Assembly (NCBI GenBank): GCA_963704775.1
Contig: CAVPHR010000006.1
Span: 339,760 to 403,759 of the forward strand
Length of the DNA: 64,000 bases
Direction of reading: 5' to 3'
Source: an uncultured Chloroflexia bacterium
GTDB taxonomy: Bacteria; Chloroflexota; Limnocylindria; Limnocylindrales; CSP1-4
Of this stretch, positions 1 through 11,035 are shown piece by piece. How positions within the stretch are numbered: position 1 is the stretch's first letter; each line of letters opens with the position of its first letter. A model generated the notes under the pieces. That model was given only the letters and a program-made list of their open reading frames with translations, did not search any database and had not been told where the DNA came from. The position numbers and the translations under genes are program-made.

Positions 1-2193
1 ATCGTCGGCTGGGGCCAGGGCGCCTTCGCCGCGCTCCCACACCTCGTCGACACGCCGCTCGACTGGCGCGGCCCGTATCCGGCGATGCCAGCGGGTGGCT
101 ACGCCGCGCCGGGCGACGCCGGGCTGCTCGGGATCCTGCCCGGCAGTTGGGGTCCGGCCCAGACCGGGGTGGCCGAATTCGGTGCCGAGCCCGACCGGCG
201 ACATCGTCCTGTGGCTGCACGCGATCGAGATCCCGGACGGGCCGGCGGACCTCAGCCGGCTGACGCATGGAGCCATTGGCACCGCTCGATGCCGGTGGCG
301 GCGGTCGTCGTCGCGGCGGTCACGACGTTCCGGGGAACCGCCTCGCCGCTCGTCGTCGAGCCCCGCCGGACGCTGCGGATCGACGGCACCGAGCGCGGCG
401 GTTCCGGCGAGTTCGCGGTGGACCTCGGGCAGGTGTTCCGGGAGCGCCCGGCGCCGGCGCCCCTCGACGGCCGGTCGTCCACCGACGCGGGTCGTCGGCT
501 GGGGGATGCCGACCGACGAGGCGGCATCGTCGGCGGCGTGGCTCGTCGACCTCGCGATGGCGCCGGACGCGAGGATCTCGATCGGCGAGGACCGGGTCCC
601 GGCGAGCGGCCTTCCGGCTGACGGCGACACGAGGGCGGTTCGGCCGGATCGTCATCGAGTCGCTGCGCGACGCCGACGCGACGGGTCGACGTCGAGATCG
701 TCGACGCCGTCGACGCGGCGAACCGATGCCCGCCCGCGTCCGGTTCGTGGCGCGCCGACGGGCGATACCTCCCGCCGCTCGGCCATCGCGACGAGATCAA
801 CCCCGGGCCTCAACGAGGACACCGGGGCGGACCTCGTCCTCGGCGGTGCTGACCTACGCGTACGTCCCGGGTCGGTTCCCGATCGCGCTGCCGGACGGCG
901 CCGTCGAGGTCGAGGTGGTCCGCGGGTTCGGCTACCGACCGCTGGCGCCGGTCCATCGACGTCGGCGACGACCTCGGCCGTGCCCCGCTGGTCCTGCCGA
1001 TCGAGCGCGGTCGCCGGCCCCGCGGGCGCCGACTGGATCGCCGTCGACATGCCACGTCCACTTCATCTCGCCGACGTCGGCGCTCCTCCAGGCGCGGGCG
1101 GAGGGCGTGGCGATCGTCGAACCTGCTGGCGACGCAGTGGGGCGACCACCACACCAGCATCGCCGACCTGCCGATCGACGTCGTCGCGGACCATGCCGGC
1201 GAGCACCTGGTCGTCATGGGCAGCGAGAACCGCCAGAACATGCTCGGCCACATCGGCCTGCTCGGGGCGCCCGATGCCGTCCTGCCGATGGCGAGCGCCG
1301 GGGCGCCGGAGGCCCGCCTGGGCGACCCGCTCGACCGGCTGATCGGCGACTGGGCGGACGCCGCGCACGCGCAGTCGGGGCTGGCCGTCGCCGTCCACTT
1401 CCCGTTGCCCTACGCGGAGATCGCCGCGGACATCGTCTCGGGCAGGATCGACGCGGTCGAGATGCAGGCCCTGACGCCGGACGTCGACGGGCCGTCGATC
1501 CGCGAGTGGTATCGCTTCCTGAACTGCGGCTATCGGCTCGCCGATCGTGGGCGGCACCGACAAGATGTCGGCCGAGATCCCGCTCGGGGCCATCCGGACG
1601 TACGCCCGCCTCGCACCCGGCGCGCCGCTGTCCTTCGCCGCCTGGGCCGAGGCGGTCCGGGCGGGTCGGACCTTCGTGTCGTCCGGCGTCGTTCATCGAG
1701 CTGGAGGTCGACGGCCACGGGCCGGGCGACGTCATCGCGCTCGGCGGCGGCGGCGGGATCGGTCGAGGTCGCGGTCACGGCGTCGGCCGCCCAGCCGGTC
1801 ATCGACGGGACTCGAGCTCATCCACGATGGCGTGGTCGTGGCCGCGGCGTCCGGGGGTGGGGTCGATCGCATCAGCCTGGCCGGAACGCGTCACGGTCTC
1901 CAAGAGCGGCTGGCTGGCCGCCCGGGTCACGAGCCGCGAGCAGATCCACTCGGGATTTGCCACGAGCATGGGCGCCCACAGCTCGCCGGTCTACCTCGAG
2001 GTCCCCGGCAAGCCCGCGTTCGACTGTCGAGGACGCAGCTGTGATCGGGACCGATCATCGATGGGGCACGGACCTGGATCGAGACGGTCGCGACCGTCCG
2101 ATCGCCGGCCGAGCGGGCCCGTCTGGCCGCCGTACCTCGGCCTCGAGTCGGGCGAAGCTCGACGACCGGATCCGCGAACGCTCGACCCGCTGA
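1..2193 (+). pseudogene. CehA/McbA-type (PHP-like) metallohydrolase; 5' end lies outside the window; multiply frameshifted
   Basis: Stitched from ORF-track frames 95..1342, 267..2471, 1216..2193 and 1547..2044. Segments: WIAVDM / HVHFISPTSALLQARAEGVA, MGSENRQNMLGHIGLLG, EWYRFLNCGYRL / GGTDKMSAEIPLGAIRTYARL, SGWLAARVTSREQIHSGFATSMGAHSSPVYLEVPGKPAF. Each segment continues in a different frame, so there are at least 8 indels. The family call is from memory of the DxHxH plus GGTDKM pattern and was not searched. Confidence 0.45.
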
Positions 2194-2204
2194 CGCGGGC
2201 GGCG

Positions 2205-2993
2205 CTACTCGATCGTCCGGACCTTCTCGAACGGTTGGCCGAGCGCCTCGGGGCCGATCGTCGAGTAGCCGCCGTCGACGAGCAGCTCGGCGCCCGTCAC
2301 GAACGAGGCGCGGCTCCGACAGCAGGAACGCGATGGCGTGGGCCACCTCCTCCGGGTCCGCCATCCGCCCGAGCGGCTGGAACTCCGCGGCCAGGGCGTC
2401 GGCCCGTTCCCGCGTGCCATAGCGCCGTTCGATGTTGCGGCTCCACATCCAGCCGGGCGAGACGGCGTTGACCCGGATCGAGCGGGACGCGAGGTGGTGG
2501 GCGGCGCTCTTGACGAGCATGAGCAGGGCTGCCTTCGAGACGTTGTAGACGACGCGCGCCGGCTGCGAGACATGCCCGCTGATCGACGCGACGTGGACGA
2601 TCGCGCCACCGGCTGTCATCACGGCCGCCGCCTTGGTCGTCAGCATCGCCGCCGACGCGACATTGGTGTCGAGGACGCGATCCCAGAGCTCGCGCGTGCT
2701 GGCGAGGCGCTCATCCTCGAAGTTCGCGGTCGCCCCGACCACGCCGTCGAGCCGCCCGTGGTCCTCGAGCGCGGTCGCGATCAGACGGTCGAGGTCGGCG
2801 TCCCGTGAGACATCCGTCTGCGACGAACCGGGCCTGCGGCGCCGAGGCGAGCGGCCACGGCCGCGCCGTGTTCGGCGTCGCGGTCGGCCAGGACGACGCT
2901 GGCGCCCTCCGCGATGAGGATCGCTCCGATGCGCCTCGCCGAGAACGACGCCGCGCCGGTGACGATGACGACCCGGCCATCGAAGTCGCCCAC
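2205..2993 (-). pseudogene. Short-chain dehydrogenase/reductase (SDR), frameshifted
   Basis: N-terminus GRVVIVTGAASFSARRIG (frame of ORF 2781..3236). Core ISGHVSQPARVVYNVSKAALLMLVKSAAHHLASRSIRVNAVSPGW with YxxxK (ORF 1927..3576). C-terminus ASFVTGAELLVDGGYS (ORF 2205..2609). GTG start at 2993, TAG stop at 2205. Confidence 0.7.
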
Positions 2994-2998
2994 CGGCG

Positions 2999-4861
2999 TC
3001 AGACGCCGACGCGCTGGTCGCCGCTTGTTCGTCGTCCCACGCCTCGCGAGCGGCCCGGACCTGCTGCTCGCTCGCTGACCTCGGGGACGCCGACCTCCCA
3101 CCAGGCGCCGCCCTCGGTCCAGGTGTACTCGTCGACCGGGATCGACGATCACGTAGCTCCGATCGGCCGCCTTGGCACGGGCGAACGCGGCCGGCAGGTC
3201 GTCGACGCTCTCGACACGCTCGGCGATCGCGCCCATCGACTCGGCGTGCTTGACGAAGTCGACCTGGAGGTAGCGCTCGTGGCGGGTCGTCGCGCAGCAG
3301 GTTGTTGAACTCCGCGCCGCCGGTGTTGACCTGCAGGCGGTTGATGACCGCGAAGCCGCCGTTGTCGCAGACCATGAAGATGACCTTCTGCCCGGTCATC
3401 ACGGTCGAGTAGATGTCGGAGTTCATCATCAGGTACGAGCCGTCGCCGACCCACGCGATGACGTCACCCGTCGGCCGGGCGAGGCGGGCGCCCCACGCCC
3501 CGGCGATCTCGTAGCCCATCGTCGAGTAGCCGTACTCCGAGTCGAACGAGCCGACCGACTTCGAGCGCCAGCCCATGCGCGAGCTCGCCGGGCAGGCCGC
3601 CCGCCGCCGAGACGATGTAGTCGCGCCGGGTCGCGCGACCGTGTTGATCGCCTGGATGACCTCGGCATAGGCCGGCGGACCGTCGTGCTGTCGCCCGGCC
3701 CACGAATCGAGATAGGCGTGCCACTCGGCGATGCGCTCGTCCGCCGTCGCCAGCCACTCGGGCGGAGCTGCGTACGTGCCGAGCGCCGCCGTCGATCGCC
3801 TCGAGCGCGACCCTGGCGTCGCCGATCACCGGCTGGGCGCCCTGCTTGTGGGCGTCCCAGCGAGGCGGTGTTGACGGCGACGAACCGCACGTCCGGATCC
3901 TTGAACACCGACCAGGAGCCGGTCGTGAAGTCCTGGAGCCGCGTCCCGACGGCGATGACGACGTCGGCCTGCTCCGGCGACGGCGTTCGCCGCACGCGAC
4001 CCCGTGACCCCGATCGGGCCGGCGTAGTTCGGGTGGTCGTGGGTGAGCGTCGACTTGCCGGCCACGGTCTCGACGACCGGGATGCGCGTGGCGCTCGGCG
4101 AAGGCACGCAGGGTGTCCGACGGCGCCCGAGTAGTGGACGCCGCCGCCCGCGATGATCAGCGGCCGCTGCGCGCGCTCGATGAGGGCCGCGGCGGCCTCG
4201 ACGTCCCGCGGATCCGGCCCCGGTCGGCGGATGTAGTGGACCTTCGGCTCGAAGAACGCGCTCCGGGAAGTCGTACGCCTCCGCCTGGACGTCCTGCGGC
4301 AGCGCGAAGAAGGCCGGGCCGCGCGTCGCGGGGTCGAGCATCACGGCCAGCGCCTGCGGGCAGCGACCGGACGATCTGGGCGGGCTTGGTGATCCGGTCC
4401 CAGTAGCGGCTGACCGGCTTGAACGTGTCCGCCACGGTCACCGTCGGGTCGCCGAAGTGCTCGACCTGCTGGAGGACGGGATCGACGATCCGGTGCTGGA
4501 AAGTGTCGCCGGAGAAGAGCAGGACCGGCAGCCGATTGGCGTGGGCGACGGCGGCGGCCGTCACCATGTTGGTCGAGCCGGGTCCGATCGACGAGGTGGC
4601 GATCATGATCCGCCGGCCGCGCATCGCCTTGGCGTAGGCCACGCGCGGCGAGCGCCATCGACTGCTCGTTCTGGCCGCGGTACGTCGGCAGCTCGTCCTG
4701 GACGGGCTCGAGCGCCTCGCCGAGGGACGTCACGTTGCCGTGGCCGAAGATCGCGAAGACGCCCGGCGAAGAGCGGCGACCTCCTCGCCGTCGATCCGGG
4801 TCCGTTGCGCGAGCAGCCAGCGCACGATCGCCTGGGCGGTGGTGAGTCGGATCGTCTTCAT
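2999..4861 (-). pseudogene. iolD: IolD-like ThDP enzyme (3D-(3,5/4)-trihydroxycyclohexane-1,2-dione acylhydrolase), multiply frameshifted
   Basis: Segments: [19 protein letters not shown] (ATG at 4861), [121 protein letters not shown]. They are colinear with B. subtilis IolD as I recall it. The segments are spread over at least 6 ORF-track entries in different frames. Confidence 0.75.
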
Positions 4862-5634
4862 GGCCTCGTCATCCTCGAACGTGCTCCAGGTGGGCCGGTC
4901 ATCCCGTCCCGCAGGAACGGCTCCAGCGACGTCGTGAAGTAGCGCGCGCCGCGGTCCAGCCACTCGCGGGTCATGTCCGCGGTGCCGGCGTAGATCCCGA
5001 GGACCTTGTCGGATCCGACGACGGCCGTCGCGACGCGCTCCAGCGCCGCCAGGACGTCGGGATGGCGCAGATCGCCCGGGTGACCCAGCGACTGCGACAG
5101 GTCCGTCGGGCCGAGGAACAGCACGTCGACGCCGTCGATCGCCAGATAGTCGTCGATGGCGTCGACCGCGTCCTGCGTCTCGATCTGGATCACGACCAGC
5201 GTCTCGCGGTTCGCGCGCTCGACGTACTCGCCGAGCGGCTCGCGCAGACCCCATTCGGACGCCCGGCTGCCGGCCAGCCCGCGGACGCCGCGCGGCGCGT
5301 ACTTCACCGAGCGGACCGCCCGCTCCGCCTCGGCCGGCGCTGTTGACCCACGGGATGTGCGCGCCGTGGGCGCCGGTGTCGAGGTAGCGCAGGATCGTCG
5401 GCGGGTCGTTCGTCGTCACCCGCACCATCGGCGTCACGCCGCGCGGCTCGATGGCCCGGCACAGGTCCTCGACCTGGTCTCGGCTGGAGCGTCCCGTGCT
5501 CGGCGTCGAAGCACGAGGAAGTCCCAGCCGAGCAGCGCGACGTACTCGATCAGCGACGGCTCGGCGGTCCGGACGAAGCAGCCGAAGACCGGCTTCCCGT
5601 CGGCCAGCTTCGCCTTGGTCGTGTTCTTCAGCAT
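4858..5634 (-). pseudogene. HpcH/HpaI-family (GarL-like) 2-keto-3-deoxy-acid aldolase, frameshifted
   Basis: Segments: MLKNTTKAKLADGKPVFGCFVRTAEPSLIEYVALLGWDFLVL (ORF 5434..5634), VRVTTNDPPTILRYLDTGAHGAHIPWV (frame of ORF 4730..7024), KYAPRGVRGLAGSRASEWG...VVIQIETQDAVDAIDDYLAIDGVDVLFLGPTDLSQSLGH (ORF 4858..5307). The stop overlaps the iolD ATG (ATGA). Confidence 0.75.
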
Positions 5635-5646
5635 GACGGCGGTCGC

Positions 5647-6850
5647 TCAGTCGATCCGGAGGCTGACGACGTCCTCCCAGCGCTCCGGACGCCCACGAGC
5701 GGACCATCGCCGCCGCGACCGACGCGTTGGCCAGCGCCTCGGTGAAGCCCGGGCTCGTGGCGGCTGCCCGGCCGCCACGGACCTGCAGGAACGCCAGCGC
5801 CTCGATCAGCTTGAGGTCCTCGTAGCCGATGCGAGTTGCCGCCGCCCGGGACGATGTTCCCCTGGTTCGGGAAGGCGTCGCCGGCGAGGACCTCGATGAA
5901 CCCGTCATTGGGCTGCTCCTCGGGAAGGTACAGGCGCAGCTGGTTGAGGCGTCTCGTGGTCCCACGCCGGCGGCGCCCTTCGAGCCGTTGAGCTCGAAGG
6001 CCATCGAGCTCTGCGGCCCGACGATCGAGCGGTCGCACTCGAGCGTCCCGCGCGTGCCGTTCTCGAACTCGACCAGCGCGCCGACGTAGTCCTCGTTGGT
6101 CACCGCTCCCGTCGGGTCGCCGGGCTTGCCGCGGTCGTAGTGCGTGCCGGCGCCCGGGATCGGCAGCGGCCGCTGCTTGATGAAGGTCTCCTTCACCGCC
6201 ACGACCCGGGTGATCGGCCCGCACATGAACTGGGCCATGTCGATGGCGTGCGACATGAGGTCGCTCAGGACGCCGTAGCCGGCCTCCTCCTGGAGGAATC
6301 GCCACGACAGGAGGCCGAGCCGGTCGCGCCCGTACATCGAGAAGAACCGGCCGCGGTAGTGGGTCAGCTCGCCGAGCCGGCCGTCGGCGATGAGCTGGCG
6401 GGTGTACTGGACGAGCGGCGCCCAGCGGTAGTTGTAGCCGCAGCCGCTGATCACCCCGGCCCGGCGCGCCGCGAGCCTCGATGGCGGCCGTCGCCTCGGG
6501 GTCGATCCCGACCGGCTTCTCGCAGGCGATGTGCTTGCCGGCGGCCGCCGCGGCCTCGACGATCTCGCGGTGGAGGGCGTTCGGCGCCGTGACGTCGACG
6601 ACGTCGATGTCGTCGCGGGCGATGAGCTCGCGCCAGTCGAGGCGTGCCGCGCTGGCGAACCCGAAGTTGTCGCGCGCGAGGTCGAGCCGTTCCGGGACGT
6701 TGTCCGCGACGGCGACCAGGCGCGGGCTGGATGCCGCGTCTCGGGGAAGTAGACGGGGATGTCGCGGTAGGCCCGCGAATGCGCCTGACCCATCCAGCCG
6801 AACCCGACGACGCCGATCCCGATCGTCTCGTCACTTGTCGACTCCTGCAT
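5647..6850 (-). pseudogene. Gfo/Idh/MocA-family NAD(P)-dependent oxidoreductase (candidate inositol dehydrogenase), frameshifted
   Basis: Segments: IGIGVVGFGWMGQAHSRAY (Rossmann fold), GCGYNYRWAPLVQYTRQLIADGRLGELTHYRGRFF, GVLSDLMSHAIDMAQFMCGPI, EDYVGALVEFENGTRGTLECDRS (ORF 4730..7024), then EEQPNDGFIEVLAGDAFPNQGNIVPGGGNS in the frame of ORF 5628..6305. ATG at 6850, TGA at 5647. Confidence 0.7.
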
Positions 6851-7842
6851 ACGGCGCCGAGGCGACGCGTTCCCAGACCTCGGGATTGACGAGGTGCTCC
6901 GGGCGTCGGCCCTCGAGGACGGCCATCGCCTGCTGGAACGCGAGCCCGGAAGATGCGCGCCTTGCCGTCGCGCCGTCGCGGACGCCACATGCGGCGTGAC
7001 CACGACGTCGTCGCGGCCCAGCAACGGGTGACCCGCCGGGAGCGGCTCGGGCGACGTGACGTCGAGTCCGGCGCCGAACAGGTGCCCGTCGTCGAGGGCC
7101 GCCGAGCAGCGCGTCCTGGTCGACCAGGCCGCCGCGAGCCGTGTTGATGAACACGGCTCCCGGCTTCATCGACGCGAAGCGCGGCCGCGCCGAACATGCC
7201 GCGCGAGTCGTCGGTCAACGGGACGTGGACGGACACGACGTCGGCGGCGCGCGAGGAGCGCGTCGAGGGTGTCGGCGCGGTCGATCCCGGCCGGGACGGC
7301 GGCAGCGGCGAGGTACGGATCGAACACCGCGACCGCGCATCCCGAGGCCGCCGGCGATCCGGGCCACGTGCCGCGCGATCCGGCCGAAGCCCGACCAGGC
7401 CGAGGACCTTGCCGTCGAGCTCGATCCCGTCGTGGCGGCTGTAGTAGCCGCTCGACCGTCCCGTCCCGGAGCGCCGCCTCGGCGGCTTCACGTTCTTGGC
7501 GACGAGCAGCATCAGCGTGACCGCGTGCTCGGCGGTCGAGATCGTCGGGCCGTCGGGCGTGTTGCAGACCGCGATCCCGCGCCGGGTCGCCGCCGCGACG
7601 TCGACCGCGTCGTAGCCGATGCCGGTCCGGGCGATGACCACGCAGGCCCGGGCGCGCGATCCATGAACGCGTCGCCGTACGGCGCCGCCCCGACGACGGC
7701 GGCGACGGCCGTGTCGACGCCGGCGTAGCGGATCGTCGTCGGTGGCCGGGCCGAGGACCGTGCACGCCGCCGCGACGGACGCGGCGAGCTCGGGGAGGAC
7801 CGGGCGCTCGAACCAGACGGGCGGCAGGGTCGTCGCCGTCAC
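6831..7842 (-). pseudogene. D-isomer-specific 2-hydroxyacid dehydrogenase, frameshifted
   Basis: Segments: ARTGIGYDAVDVAAATRRGIAVCNTPDGPTISTAEHAVTLMLLVAKN, GKVLGLVG, DVVSVHVPLTDDSRGMFG (ORF 6451..8043), MKPGAVFINTARGGLVDQDALL (ORF 6831..7169). The GTG at 7842 overlaps the upstream stop (GTGA). Confidence 0.7.
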
Positions 7843-8773
7843 GCCGGTCCCGGCCGCGGGACCGCCCGCGAACGCGCGTCTCGGGCAGCCCGCTGACGCC
7901 GGTCTCGACCGCGAAGAGCCCGCCCGCGTCGGGCTGCGCCGGGTCGACGCGCGTGGGACCCGCCGCCGCCGATCGTCGTGATGAACAGCGTCGAGAGGTC
8001 CGGGCCGCCGAACGCCGGCATCGTCGGCTTCGACGACCGGCACGCGCGACCGTGCGGTCGATCGCGCCCGCCGGCGTCACCCGCAGGACCGCCGAGCCGC
8101 ACACGCAGGCGATCCAGTAGCAGCCGGCCTCGTCGACGCAGGCCCCGTCCGGCCGGCCCGGGCAGCGGACCGAAGTCGAGGAAGACCCGCTCGTTGGTGG
8201 CCTCGCCGGTATCGCACGTCGTAGTCGTACGCCCAGACCGTGTCGCGGTGGGTGTCGGCGAAGTACATCGTCCGCCCGTCCGGCGCGAAGGCGAGCCCGT
8301 TCGGCACGCCGATCGCCGACCGCACCGTGCGCCGCCGTCCCGTCCGGCTCGACCCGATGGAGGAGCCCGGTCGCCTTGCCGGCCGCGGCCGGATCGAACA
8401 TCGACCCGACCCAGAAGCGCCCGGCCGGATCGCAGCGCCCGTCGTTGAGCCGATTGCCGACGCCCTCCGGCTCGAGGGCGATCCAGTCGCGTCCACGTCC
8501 CGGCGTCCCAGTCGAGGAACGCCGAGCCGGCCCTCGATGGCGACGAGCAGGCGGCCCGGGGTCGCGGTCAGGGCCAGCGACCCCGGTCGCCCGGGCGCCG
8601 GACGCTGCTCGTCGAGCGCCGGTGGCCGGGTCGAAGCGGTGGACCGCCCGGCCGTCGATGTCGACCCAGTAGAGCCGAGCATCGTCGGGGCTCCAGACCG
8701 GGCACTCGCCGAGCTGGGCCGCGGCCGGGAGGACGCACGTCGCCTCGAGGTCGTCCACGGCCGGCTGGCTCAC
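7839..8773 (-). pseudogene. SMP-30/gluconolactonase/LRE-family lactonase, frameshifted
   Basis: Segments: LGECPVWSPDDARLYWVDIDG, NRLNDGRCDPAGRFWVGSM, PDGACVDEAGCYWIA (ORF 7166..8887), PNGLAFAPDGRTMYFADTHRDTVWAYDYD (ORF 8077..8682), PTMPAFGGPDLSTLFITT (ORF 7839..8102). Confidence 0.7.
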
Positions 8774-9670
8774 GCAGGCGCCCCGTCGAGGCCGCGCAGG
8801 TACGCGACGCTGTCGACCGCGTCCGCCTTCGGGCCCTCGCCGATCGGGCGGCTCGCGCCTTGAGCGACACGTCCTGCTCGAGGACATACCAGCCGCGGTA
8901 GCCGTCGCCCTCGAGCGCGGCGATCACGCCGGCGATGTCGACGCCGCCCTGCCCGAGCGGCACGAACAGCCCGTCGATGACCGACTCGCGGAACGGGACC
9001 TCGCCGCTCCGGACCTGCGCGGCCTTGGCCGGGTCGACGTCCTTGAGGTGGACATGGAGGACGCGGCCGCGCGCCGCCCGCGCGACCTCGACCGGGTCGG
9101 CGCCGGCCAGGTAGACGTGGCCGGTGTCGAGGCACAACCCGACCGTCGGACGACTCGAGCAGCCGATCGATGTCCGTGCCGGTCTCGATCGCCATGCCCC
9201 AGTGCGGATGGAGCGCCGTCTTGAGGCCGGCATCGGTGACGATCGCCTTCGAGCCGCTGGAGGTTGGCCAGGAACGTCGTCCACTCGTCCGCGCGTCATG
9301 TCGACCGACGTGTCGTAGCCGGGGTGGTGCGACGACGGCCCCAGGACGAGCACCTTCGAGCCCGGTGACGGCCAGCTGTCGCGCGGCCCGCGTCACGTAC
9401 TCGAGCTCGGCATCGATCCGGTCGGGCCGATAGAGCAGGGCCGGCACGAAGCCCGCCGACGATGCTCAGGTCGAACTGGGCGAGGTAGTCCCGCAGCTCG
9501 GCCGGGTCGGTCGGCAGGTAGCCGTCGGGCCCGAGCTCCGTCGCGGACAGGCCGCTCTCGACCATCTCGCGCAGGACCCGGTCCCGGTCCATCAGGTAGC
9601 CCCAGCCCGGGGAGCCGTCGACGCCCCAGGTGATCGGCGCGCCCGCCACTCGTTCGAGGAGATCGCTCAC
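8770..9670 (-). pseudogene. iolE: Xylose-isomerase-like TIM-barrel protein, IolE-like (inosose dehydratase candidate), frameshifted
   Basis: Segments: VAGAPITWGVDGSPGWG (ORF 9296..9670), LCLDTGHVYLAG, VLHVHLKDV, GLFVPLGQGGVDIAGVIAALEGDGYRGWYVLEQD (ORF 8568..9353), ALHPHWGMAIETGTDIDRLL (ORF 8770..9447). The pattern parallels B. subtilis IolE as I recall it. GTG at 9670 with GGAGGG 11 nt upstream. Confidence 0.6.
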
Positions 9671-9709
9671 GTCGTTCCCGACCCTCCGCTCGTGCCGCCG
9701 CCTGCGATG

Positions 9710-9739
9710 TTGACGGTCAGATTATCGTGCTGGTAGGGT
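9710..9739 (+). promoter_or_regulatory. Putative promoter of the DegT operon: TTGACG, 18-nt spacer, TGG-TAGGGT
   Basis: TTGACG at 9710-9715 and extended -10 TGGTAGGGT at 9731-9739. It sits 41 nt upstream of the ATG at 9780, which has a GGAGAGGGAG Shine-Dalgarno sequence. Confidence 0.45.
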
Positions 9740-9748
9740 GCTGTGCAA
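9721..9748 (-). promoter_or_regulatory. Putative promoter of the iolE..SDR operon: TTGCAC, 16-nt spacer, GATAAT (read on the minus strand)
   Basis: The reverse complement of 9743-9748 is TTGCAC and of 9721-9726 is GATAAT. These are AT-rich hexamers in a GC-rich background. The promoter overlaps the plus-strand promoter. Confidence 0.45.
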
Positions 9749-9758
9749 TCGGTTGCAC
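9743..9758. promoter_or_regulatory. Perfect inverted repeat GTGCAA-TCGG-TTGCAC (candidate operator)
   Basis: The 6-bp arms are exact reverse complements. The repeat covers the predicted plus-strand transcription start and the minus-strand -35. Confidence 0.5.
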
Positions 9759-9779
9759 TGACGGAGAGGGAGAGCCGGC

Positions 9780-11025
9780 ATGCCCGGACCCGGTGTCGAG
9801 CTGATCGGCGAGGAAGAGATCGCCGAGGTGATGCAGGTCCTCACCAGCCGCTCCCTGAGCCGGTACGGCAGCGCCGACGATCCGGACTTCGGCGCCAAGG
9901 TCCGCCACGTCGAGCAGGAGATCGCCGCGCTCGCCGGCGTCCGGTACGCGCCTCGGCCTGCAGCGGCGGTGGCTCGGGCGGGCTGTGGATCTCGCTGCTC
10001 GGCCTCGGCGTCGGACCGGGCGACGAGGTCATCGTGCCCGGGCTTCACGTTCGTCGCCTCGATCTCGGCGATCGTCTACGCCCGGGCGACCCCGGTCCTG
10101 GCCGAGGTCGACGACTCGTTCAACCTCGATCCGGCCGACGTCGAGGCGCAGGATCACGCCGCGGACCCGGGCGATCATCGTCGTCCACATGCTCGGCGCG
10201 CCGGCCCGGCTCGACGAGCTCAAGGACGTCGCCGACCGGCACGGCATCCCGCTCATCGAGGACTGCGCCCAGGCGTTCGGCGCGACCTACCAGGGCCAGG
10301 GCGTCGGCGGGATCGGCGCCGCCGGCGTGTACAGCTTCAACGAGTACAAGACCATCACCTGCGGCGACGGCGGGATGATCGTCACCGACGACGAGGACCT
10401 GTACGGCCGGCTCTTCGCGATCCACGACCAGGGCCACGCGCCGAACCGGCTCGGGTCGAAGTACGCCGAGCGCCCGTTCCTCGGCATGAACTTCCGGATG
10501 ACCGAGCTGTCGGGCGCCGTCCTGCTCGCCCAGGTCCGCAAGCTCGACCTGATCCGCGACCACCTGCGGGCGAACAAGGAGATCGTGAAGTCGGCGATCG
10601 CGGACCTGCCCGGGCTCGGCTTCCGCACGATCGTCGACCCGGAGGGCGACCTGGCGACCCACCTCGTCGTGACGTTCCCGACGGCCGAAGTCGCGCAGAC
10701 GGTCGCCGAGGAGCTCGGCTCGATCACGCTCGCCGCGTCCGGCTGGCACGTCTACTCGAACATGGAGCACCTGCTCGAGCAGCGGACCGTCAGCGGCAAG
10801 GGCTGCCCGTTCGACTGCGCGTGCTACGGCCAGGGTGAGGTCGACGTACCGGCCGGGATGCTGCCGCAGACCGACGCCCTGCTCGCGCGCTCGATGAGCA
10901 TCGGCATCGGCGTGTTCGACACGAACCTCGCGCCGTTCGGCCTGCGGATGCGCGACGACGAGGCGGCTGCCCGGCGCGTCGCCGAGCGGTTCTGCGAGGT
11001 CGCCGGCCCGTACCTCGCCGGCTAG
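9780..11025 (+). pseudogene. DegT/DnrJ/EryC1/StrS-family PLP aminotransferase, frameshifted near the N-terminus
   Basis: Segments: DEVIVPGFTFVASISAIVYARATPVLAEVD (ORF 9780..10838), HMLGAPARLDELKDVADRHGIPLIEDCAQAFGATYQGQGVG, SFNEYKTITCGDGGMIVTDDEDL with the PLP lysine (ORF 9985..11025). About 3 frame changes lie between roughly 9940 and 10150. Confidence 0.8.
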
Positions 11026-11035
11026 GCGCGACGCG

